Below the pieces are notes generated by a model that was not told the DNA's origin, made no database searches, and saw only the letters and a list, made by a program, of their open reading frames with translations. This document shows, one piece after another, positions 53,970 through 64,000 of a stretch of 64,000 bases of DNA (positions within the stretch are counted from its first letter, which is position 1; each line of letters begins with the position of its first letter). This DNA comes from Octopus sinensis (lineage: Eukaryota): contig NC_043025.1 of NCBI RefSeq assembly GCF_006345805.1, forward strand, positions 15,314,001-15,378,000, in the 5' to 3' direction. Position numbers and translations under genes: made by a program.

Positions 53970-54169
53970 AGAGTTTACAAAAACAACAAAAGACAAAGAC
54001 AGGTGGTGTACAAAACAAACAGATGTATTAGTATAACGCTGAGGAATAGAAAAAGTCTTTTACGTTTCGAGCCTACGCTCTTCTACAGAAAGGGACACAG
54101 AAAAAAATTGAGAAGAGAAACAAGGAGAGAAAAAAATGTGTGTAGTGGCTAACGATCTATCATGGCGAC

Positions 54170-54214
<45 letters not shown>

Positions 54215-54216
<2 letters not shown>

Positions 54217-54565
54217 CATTTGAAGAGTAACAGGGAAAGTGGTCTTTACATGTGGCAAATGTGATGGTACGTTAAACACCAGGAATGTATAAAAATAGAC
54301 TGCCTCAAATGTGGGTGGGGCGTATCTCCTTAGAAGTAGGAGACAGTTTCTGCTATTTCGGTGACCAAGTTAGTAGTGCGGGTGGTTGTACCAAAAGCAT
54401 AGCTTCTAGAATAAGGATAAGCTGGGCAAAGTTCTGAGAGCAACTACCTTTGTTAGTAATGCTGGGCCTCCCCCTCAGAGTGAAAGGCAGATTGTATGAT
54501 GCCTATGTGCAGACAACTATGCTACATGGCAGTGAGACATGGGTTGTGACTATTGAGGGCATCCA
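54215..54565 (+). mobile_element. RTE LINE fragment
   Basis: FCYFGDQVSSAGGC..SIASRIRISWAKF.E.LPLL; LHGSETW. Confidence 0.8.
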
Positions 54566-54799
54566 GCTGTAGAAACTCTGCCAGATCAAGACTGGAGTCT
54601 GGTGCGGCCATCTGGTTCACCAGCCCTCAGTCAAACCATACAACCCATGCTAGCATGGAAAGCAGATGTTAAACGACGATGACGACAATGATGATGATGC
54701 ATTGTACACACAAAAAAAGCATGTTACCACATGCTGAAAGACACGCAGAGGAGGATTTTGTAGGAGTTTGGGATTAATGGGTAACTTGTAGTTGCTGTG

Positions 54800-56200
54800 A
54801 AACCCCTTTATAAATGCCCAGATGTTTATGTTCGGCTAAATGGTGTTAAGTGAAAACCTTTCAATGTGGGTTTTGGACTTGAACAAGGTCATGTATTAAC
54901 GCCACTCCTTTTCATAATTTTATGAACTGGATCAACATGGACAGCCATCGTGAAAGTGAAATGCAATCCGTGGGTGTAGAATCAGTTGGCTGGGATTTGC
55001 AGACAACAAAACTTACTTGGCTCATCAGAAGGTAATTTCCAGCATTCAATGGATTCACTGGTGAATGCTGCAAGGGAAGGACCAGGGATGTAACTCGGTT
55101 CTAAAGTTAAGAGGAGCGAGCACATCAAAAAATGGCACTGTGACACATGCCAAACAATTTAACTCATTTCTCTAATATTACATAAAGTATTTCATAAGTT
55201 ACATCATCATCATCATCGTTTAACGTCCGCTTTCCATGCTAGCATGGGTTGGACGGTTCAACTGGGGTCTGGGAAGCCAGGAGGCTGCACCAGGCCCCAG
55301 TCTGATCAGGCAGTGTTTCTACAGCTGGATGCCCTTCCTAACACCAACCACTCCTAACACCAACCAGTGTAGTAGGTGCTTTTTATGTGCCACCGGCACA
55401 GGTGCCAGACGAGGCTGGCAATGGCCACGATCGGTTGGTGCTTTTTACATGCCACCGGTACGGAAGCCAGTCAAGGCGGCGCTGGCAACGGCCACGATCG
55501 GATGGTTCTCTTACGTGCCACCGGCACTGGTATCACAGCTGCAATTTCCATTGATTTTGATCGATTTCGATTACAGTATGCATAATTGTATTCTGTATTA
55601 ATTAATTTTATGTTAAAGTAACAATGTCGTTAAGTATGAAACTTATAACAACTGATATATATATATGTGGTGTGAAAAAGATGAAACTCCCCCGGATCGT
55701 CCAGTGCCAAGCGGTTATGGATATTAGGGTTTGTTTTGATTCTTCACATGTCAATGATCACAAAGACATCACAGGAGATTGAGCAGGTAGTTCAAAAATA
55801 CGGATGGGTGGTCAAATAAAGTATTGACTCCAGAAAGTTCTTCCAAGGTCATGTGATTAACAAAAAACAAAGCAATTTAACTTTCATCACGCAAATGAAC
55901 CAGAGTTTTAAAAAATGTTGAAAAGGGGCCAATTTTGAAAAATGTGCTCAGTTGCTCAGGGGAAGGGGTGGATCCGCTTGTTCCCTATTAGCTACACCAC
56001 TGGCAAGGATGAGAATCAGTGTTGCGAAGATTGAGACATTGGTCCTTTCAAGGGAGTCTTTTCAGGGCACTCTGCATGTTAGTGGAATGTCAGTGAAACA
56101 AGTGGAAAAGTTGCTCTTGGGGCCATATTCATGATTGACAGAAAAGGAAAGGTTGAATTGGGTGCTAGAACTGAAGGGACAGATACAGAAGTGTGTCAGC
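54800..56200 (+). mobile_element. Interrupted degenerate LINE RT fragments
   Basis: VRLNG..PFNVGFGLEQG.VL.PLLFII (~54830-54930) and MRISVAKIETLVLSR..VKQVEK (~56005-56130), with a SINE between them. Confidence 0.6.
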
Positions 56201-56399
56201 CCCAGAATTTGATCACCAGAAGAGGAGGGCTTGGTAGGAAAAGCCAAACTTGCTGTTTTCAGTTCAGCGTTTTGTCCCTTTTCTCCCCTATAATCAAGAA
56301 TGTTGAGAAAGGACTGACAGAAGACAATCCTGAATACAAGCAATCGGAATGAGGGGTTCCTCTGAAGGATATCTGGAGTAACATTACTCTACAAGTTGC

Positions 56400-56778
56400 A
56401 GAGATCAAAGGAAGTCAAGCGGTTGGATGGAACTTACACTCACCTCCCTATGAGAGCTCAAAATCTCTTGTGGAAGCGTCATCCAACCAAAGTACAAATA
56501 TATGGGAAACTACCACCTGTGTCATCTCTTGTGAAAGGTAGGAGAGTCCAGTTTGCTGGACATTGTTGTAGAGCTGAAAAAGAGGTAATTTCTGCTCTTC
56601 TCCTCTGGAAGCCATCTACTCACGATACCAGAGGGCACACACTCTCCTACCCTGATGTAATCTCCAGGGATACAGGCATCCAGCAACAGGACCTCCGTAA
56701 TGCTATGATGGACCGTGAAGTCTGGCGTAGCATAGTAAATTCCATTGTCTCAACCACGGTCGAACAATGATCATGATA
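56400..56778 (+). mobile_element. Same RTE-like LINE 3' end
   Basis: Near-identical ORF end, ...STTVEQ* tgatcatga. Confidence 0.9.
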
Positions 56779-58149
56779 TCCCCATATTGGGAGGTCACAG
56801 CTCTGGTACCACAAATGTGACCAGAATGATGTGCAGGAAAGAATCAGACACAGGTTCTTTAAGATGACCCAACTGGCAGGAGAGCCATGGGAAGACGGAG
56901 AATGAGAGAGTTGGATAATCTCCATAGTATTTGTTACTCATACTTGGGAATCCAGCTGGAAAAGTCTAAAGATGGATGCTTCTGATATGACCTTATGGAG
57001 GAAGACGTGGCTCAGGTCTCTCCCCAACAACCCTCCCATGAAGGCACATGGCCTAGTGGTTAGAGCAGCGGACTCGTGGTCGAGGAGTCATGGGTTCAAA
57101 TCTCAGAGTGGGCGATGTGTGTATTTATGAGCGAAACACCTAAGCTCCACGCGGCTCTGGCAGAAGGTAATGGCAAAACTTCTGCTGACTCTTTCGCCAC
57201 AACTTTCCTCCTGCATCCTGCAGTTCACCTGCGATGGAATGGCGTCCCGTCCAGGTGGGGAACCTATACGCCAAGAAACCGGCCCTTATGAGCCAGGCAT
57301 GGCTTGAGAAGGAACAAACAAAAACAAACAACCCTCCCAGGAATAGTGGACAGAGAAGCTGGATTAGTCTAAAGATCAGATACAGATAGAATTAATAAAA
57401 ATATATTCTATCCAGTGAGAGATAAACATCAACTTAAATACACAACTGAAAGAGCTACAAATAGTTTCATGCTTTTATGATACTTGAACAGGATTATTTA
57501 TAAAACAAGCCATGTAACCTAAAGCAAAAATTTATATACCTTGTTCTGGACCTATATCCCATGGATTACTCCATAAAATACATACGCACGCGTGGGAAGG
57601 TATGTGGCCTAGTGGTTAGGGTATTGCGCTGTCACAAAATGATGGGTTTGATTCCTGGACTCGGCGGTGCAGTGTGTTCTTGAGCAAAACACTTCATTTT
57701 ACGTTGCTCTAGTCCACCCAGCTGTTAATGGGTCACCCCTATGACGAACTGGTCTTCCAATTCAGGGTAGGGAATGCTGGCCTGCACGCCAAGCCACTGG
57801 GGTGGCATCATTCAAAGGCTAAAACACTGCATAGCACACTGTGATCAGCGATGTATAACACTTGATAGTCTGGTCAATACTGCGATAAACACACACACAC
57901 ACATTTCAGGTAACTATAGAGTTTTGACTAAGGTTGTTCTTAGAAACGTCATACGTGAGAAAGAAAGAGGGGTCAACTGTTGACCCCTCGTGTCTTTTTT
58001 TTTTTAATGCTTGTTTCTGGTAAGAAACAAGCATTGAAATTTTGTTCATGTTTGCCCACCCCCACTTCTTGTCTGTTGCTTCCTTATCTAAACGATATGG
58101 GACTTCGAAGGACAATTATTATATATCTATATAAACTATCTCCATTTAT

Positions 58150-58777
58150 GTTTGTGAGTGTGTATACATACGTACATACATTTATATACATATATACATA
58201 CGTACATACATTTATATACATATATACATACGTACATACATTTATATACATATATACATACGTACATACATTTATATACATATATACATACATCTATATA
58301 CATATATACATACGTACATACATCTATATACATACGTACATACATTTATATACATATATATATACATACATACATCTATATACATACATATATACATACA
58401 TATATATATACATACGTACATACATCTATATACATATATACATACGTACATACATTTATATACATATGTACATACATACATCTATATACATATATACATA
58501 CGTACATACATCTATATACATATATACATACGTACATACATCTATATACATATATACATACGTACATACATCTATATACATATATAAATACATTTATATA
58601 CATATATACATACATACATCTATATACATACATACATACATCTATATACATACGTACATACATTTATATACATATGTACATACATACATCTATATACATA
58701 CGTACATCTATATACATATATACATACGTACATACATACGTACGTACATACATATATACATACGTATATACATCTAT

Positions 58778-58818
<41 letters not shown>
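58150..58818. repeat. Complex (TACA/TATA) microsatellite with ~30-bp higher-order unit
   Basis: Repeated unit cgtacatacatttatatacatatatacata. Confidence 0.95.
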
Positions 58819-58823
<5 letters not shown>

Positions 58824-59034
58824 TCGCGTACAAAAATAACATGAGTGAAGCCGGGGCTTAAACTGTATATTGACCGTAACATGTATGTTTATGTTCATAT
58901 TTATTAAGAGAGGGAATTGATGTAAATCAAAAATACACGAATGTCTACTTCACCAAAATATATAAACACACAAACACACATCTCTCCACCATACACACAC
59001 ACAATTATATACACAACCATACATACATACATAC

Positions 59035-59067
<33 letters not shown>

Positions 59068-59204
59068 GATATATACATATATATACAAACACTAGCATAT
59101 ATACTAACATATAAATACAGTAATTGTTTATATACCATCACATAACTTTATATACACACACACACACATATATACACATATATAAACACATTGAAACCAC
59201 TTAC

Positions 59205-59900
59205 CCCGGGTGTTTTTGTTGTGGCTCTAAGTTGAAGTGACGAAACATCATAAACACACATGTTAATTGCAGAAGCTTTCCCTCATAATATATACACTCA
59301 CACACACACAGATATATATATATCATACATGAACGTGTGTATAACGTGTGTATATATTTATATACATCTACGAATAAATAACTGCACAATATACACACAT
59401 ATAAACCAATATATACGCACACAGTATAATATAATATAATATATAAGTGTGTCTATGTATGTCGAAGATGATTTTTTTTGTATATATACAGCTATGAAGG
59501 AACAGCTATACACTACATTAATATATACATACAGAATATATATCTATTTACACACACACACTATATATACACAAACACGCGCGATTGTATGTGTCTAAGA
59601 TGTCTTTTCGCTTGTGTGGTCGCCTTCCTGTTCCGGACGAAGTATATATTTATATGGAGCTCTGTGTTTCTCTACATATATATATATATACGTGTGTGTG
59701 TGTGTGTAGATATATCTCCGTAGAAATGTATTTCTACAAGCAGGAGAGAGAGAGAGACAGCCCTTGGTACAATGTCCTGGTCCCCACCTCAATTCGAACC
59801 CCTCTGCACTTCTGGCTCTCGGCTGCCGTTTGTTATTGACTTCATTCTCTTATTCCGTCGATCCGTTGATCCTGCGGTAGGAATTAGTCGTCGTCATCGT
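59205..59900 (-). promoter_or_regulatory. Candidate FBXO8 first non-coding exon / TSS-proximal region
   Basis: Donor GG|gtaagt at 59204-59199 and relatively CpG-rich, non-TE sequence at 59570-59900. The upstream boundary cannot be determined. Confidence 0.3.
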
Positions 59901-60465
59901 GGTGGTGGTCTTCCCCTTCCTCTTTTGTCATAAAAAGGGGAGGGAGAAGAGGAACAAGATATGTAGAGAGAGGGTGATGAAGCAAAAATAGAAATAGTAA
60001 AAAAAGGCGCCAGAGGAAAAGGAAGAGAAGTAAAACGTAGTCGTCGCCATCATCGTGTTGCTCCCCTTCCTCCTCCTCTTTCTCAAATGCTTCATTTCAT
60101 TGGCTTGTTTGTTTGAGGCAGAGGAAGAGGAACAAGATATAGAGTGAGGGTGATGAAAGAAAAATAGAAACAATAAAAGAGGTGTAAGAGGGAAATAAAG
60201 CGAGTAGTGAGAGGCAGTAAGAGGAAAATTGAAGAGAGTAAACGACAGAGAAGTAAGAAAGAGAGACAGAGAGAGAGAGAGAGAAAGAAGTGTAGTAAGG
60301 AGGCGAGGAGGAAGATAGATAAATAGATAGATAGGAGAAAGAGAGAGGGAGAAGAGAGTGGGTAATTTGGAGGAATTAATTTCAGGATTAAAAGATCGAT
60401 GGAATAATAGAATATAGACATTAAAAAAATAACCGAAGGCTAAATAATATGAGGTGGATCTCTCT

Positions 60466-60501
<36 letters not shown>

Positions 60502-60588
60502 CTCTTCCCTTCTCTAAAAGTTTTATCTAAATCCGTTAATCCTTTCAGCCGTAATTAACTGACATTGTTTTTTTATTTATTCATATTC

Positions 60589-61012
60589 GGATCTTTTCGG
60601 TTTGAACGGCAGTTTTTTAAAATATTTTCCCGTAACTAAACACTTTTAAACTTCGTATTCTGGTTGAATGTGTTTATAAAACATCTTTTTTCTCTTGGTT
60701 TTATTGAGAAAATTCTATAGTTTCTAAGATATTTGTTGGGGTTTTTTTTTCTTCAATTTCTGCAATTTCAACCAATCAATGACGTCCATTGAGGTAAAAA
60801 AAACATTCTGTGCCATATGAATATGTCCCTCGTTTAAGAAACAGATTGGGTTTATTTACATTTCTGAAGAAAAAAAGATACCCTTCACCCCACCCCTAAC
60901 CCTAACCCTAAAACAGATTGAAATGCAATAGATCGATACTAGGGTCATAATTATGGGTAACAATTTCATATGACAACGCTAGAAAAAACTGCCGTTCAAA
61001 CCGAATAGATCC
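60589..61012 (-). mobile_element. MITE family A copy (inverted)
   Basis: Reverse-complement copy with both TIRs. Confidence 0.9.
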
Positions 61013-61247
61013 TACTTTTGCCTCTGTAACAAACACTTCCAACAATGCAATGCATGCGCAAGAGAGAGAGAAGATACCCTAAGAAAATATCTCTGTGGTC
61101 TCTTAAGCCAATATGTTCGTCCTTCTGTGATCTTTCAAACATCTAGAAATAACAGCCAAATATTTAATATAACACTAAAAGACACACACACACACATGTA
61201 ATGGGACAGAACACAAAACATCCAGACAGTTAGGTGATACAAGAAAG

Positions 61248-61663
61248 GGATCTTTTCCGTTTCAACGGCAGTTTTTTCTGGCGAAGTCATATGAAATTGT
61301 CACCCATAATTATGACCCTAGTATCGATCTATTGTATTTCAATCTGTTTTAGGGTTAGGGTTAGGGGTGGGGGAAGGGTATCTTTTTTTTCTTCACAAAT
61401 GTAAATAAATCCAATCTGTTTCTTAAACGAGGGACATTTTCATACGGCACAGAATGTTTTCACCTCAATTGACATCATTGATTGGTTGAAATTGCAGAAA
61501 TTGAAGAAAAAAACTACAAATATCTGACAAACTATAGAATTTTCTCAATAAAGCCAAGAGAAAAAGATGTTTTATAAACACATTCTACCAGTATACGAAG
61601 TTTAAAAGTGTTTAGTTACGGGGAAATTATTTTAAAAAACTGCCGGTCAAACGGAAAAGATCC
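61248..61663 (+). mobile_element. MITE family A copy
   Basis: Both TIRs; TSD caagaaag/aaagaaag (7/8). Confidence 0.9.
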
Positions 61664-62309
61664 AAAGAAAGGGACAACAAAACATCCAGATAGACAATAC
61701 AAAGAAAACAAGGACGGGTCTTCGGAGTTTTCTTTCTTCAGTCGAGTTCCAGATTATCTTTGCAAATTTCGGCTGGTTATACTCGAGATTGCTCCAATCT
61801 GGCCAGCCCCAAGGAAAAACTAAGCTAAGAACATTAGATTCTTTGGAAGAAAGCAGCAAATGTATACAAAAACAAGGATGGAAAAAAAACGGAGAATTTT
61901 ACACAAATACAAATAACAGGACATAACAACAGGTGTCTTTCAACAAAGGACAAATTAAATTAAGCTGGCATGGGTGGAAGTAAAGCCTTACAGCAGGGAT
62001 ATATATATGAAGCGTACACTCTAGTGAAATTCCTCACTCCCTTTTGCATGTAGCAGGTAAGAGCTAGCCTTTGGCTGCTATTTCGATCACGTTGTATCCA
62101 CTTCTCCTTTTGGTTATTGGCGCAATTTGTCTCTTTATTCTGTTGCATCAATTTGCTGCATGTAACCAATCAGAGCCCATAAATACAATCACGTGAGGGA
62201 GCCTATTCTCAACCCAGTTTTTGAGCCTACCACTCCTTATAAAAACTCACCTTCTCCTTGTTTTGAGGTCTTTCGGTTCCAGACCTTTTTAGGTCTAGCC
62301 ACTGACCGC

Positions 62310-62800
62310 ACAAGACAAGCATAAGATCTGGTCATCAAATCTAAGCAGAGATTTCAAACTTAAAATCTTCAAAGCCACAGTCGAACCAATTCTACTACAT
62401 GGCTCAGAAACCTGGACGTTATCAAAGAAGCTTGAGAGGCGGTTGGATGGAACCTACACTTGCCTCCTTATGAGAGCTCAAAATCTTTCGTGGAAGCGTG
62501 ATCCAACCAAAGTACAAATATATGGGAAACTACCATTTGTATCATCTTTAGTGAAAGGTAGGAGAGTCCAGTTTGCTGGACATTGTTGTAGAGCTGAAAA
62601 CGCGGCAATTTCTACTCTTCTCCTCTCGAAGCCATCTGCTCGCGATACCAGAAGGCGCACACTCTCCTACCCTGATGTAATCTCCAGGGATACAGTCATC
62701 CAGCAACAGGACCTCCGTAATGCCATGATAGACCATGAAGTCTGGCGTAGCATGGTAAATTCCATTGTCTCGACCACGGTCAAACAATGATGATGATGAC
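62310..62800 (+). mobile_element. Same RTE-like LINE 3' end
   Basis: KIWSSNLSRDFKLKIFKATVEPILLHGSETW...STTVKQ* (TGA)n. Confidence 0.9.
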
Positions 62801-63204
62801 ACAAAACACAGCCAGTTCCAGTGACAAGACCACAGCAGCCATGTTGAGACCTACCAACTTCGTCCAACAGCATAACAGCAACCTCTGTCTTTGTCACCAC
62901 TACCTTGTTGTCCTTAACATTGTCAACATCATCTCTCTATGTTCACAGCTCAGCAAGCAACTCACCCAGGTTCCAACACTTCACTGATTGTGAATTACTT
63001 CCCCACGGATCAACAGTCAATATACAACCTGCATGAACTCCTACATCGAGTGACCCCAGGCAGCATCATCACAACTACGACTTCACGTATGACCTGTACC
63101 AGTAACCAGCTCAGCATCATGGCCGTGACTTTTGATACAGTATTTCAACTACCGTGTACTATTGACTATGAACTGGTATTCTCTTCTTGTGTACATGAAG
63201 TTTT

Positions 63205-63613
63205 GGATCTTTTCGGTTTGACCGGCAGTTTTTAAAAAATAATATCCACGTAACTAAACACTTTTAAACTTCGTATACTGGTAGAATGTGTTTATAAAAC
63301 ATCTTTTACTCTTGGCTTTATTGAGAAAATTCTATAGTTTGTAAGATATGTTTTTTTTTTCTTCAATTTTTGCAATTTCAACCAATCAATGACGTCTATC
63401 GAGGTGAAAACATTCTGTGCCGTATGAATATGTCCCTCGTTTAAGAAACAGATTGGGTTTATTTACATTTCTGAAGAAAAAAGATACCCTTCCCTCCACC
63501 CCTAACCCTAAAACAGATTGAAATGCAATAGATCAATTCTAGAGTAATAATTATGGGTGACAATTTCATATAACACTGCAAGAAAAAAACTGCCGTTCAA
63601 ACGGAAAAGATCC
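63205..63613 (-). mobile_element. MITE family A copy (inverted)
   Basis: Both TIRs; same internal sequence. Confidence 0.9.
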
Positions 63614-64000
63614 TCACCGTCTCCTTCATTGCCATTCTTATATGTTCTTAACACACACATACATCTATGCCTACACGCACACATACATTTGTTCTCATGA
63701 CGACCTGTCTATCGTTCTGTATACACGACACACACACAGACACACATGTTAACATATCAATAAATCTTCTCATGGCTGTGTCCCTCTCTTTTCCCTCTGC
63801 CACTTATATGTACTATTCAGTTTTATATTCATTGTAAGGGCTGCTGTGTGATGGACTAAAGAGTCTTTCTCGTCACCTCGCATGGCACGGTCCTTACAAA
63901 TTGGTGACTTTCACATGATTTTATCCAGAGGCTCCGATTGGCTGCAAGTGGCAAATTGATGTGACAGAATGTGACACAAATTGCCCCAATATCAACCAAT

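Noticed and set aside
57980-58861. 293-aa YIHT-repeat ORF and similar YI/CV ORFs (1271-1615, 10723-13459, 26078-27388)
   Set aside because: These are microsatellite translations.
62160-62250. CCAAT / CACGTG / TATAAAA promoter-like cluster
   Set aside because: It is embedded among TE relics with no downstream gene, and short motifs like these are expected by chance.

Overview
AT-rich, microsatellite- and TE-dense eukaryotic DNA. The SINE families and the (TA)n/(CA)n/(ATT)n content point to an octopod cephalopod, probably Octopus (inferred from recall, not from a search). One intact gene can be rebuilt by hand: FBXO8 (F-box + Sec7-like) on the minus strand, with 5 coding exons (42122-41905, 41167-41038, 34652-34534, 31233-31049, 27689-27451; 891 nt, 296 aa), all GT-AG introns and consistent phases, plus two candidate 5'UTR exons further upstream. 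Downstream of it and facing it is an intronless, frameshifted C-terminal WD40 fragment of LRWD1/ORCA (about 23057-23673), probably a retro-pseudogene. The rest is mostly repeats: tRNA-derived SINEs, RTE and CR1 LINE relics, mariner relics, two MITE families with 8-bp TSDs, a tandem/nested Helitron cluster in an FBXO8 intron, a 2.6-kb (TAT)n array, and many long foldback elements. Several foldbacks carry hammerhead-ribozyme-like motifs of the Penelope type. Almost all ORFs in the supplied track are microsatellite or TE artefacts.
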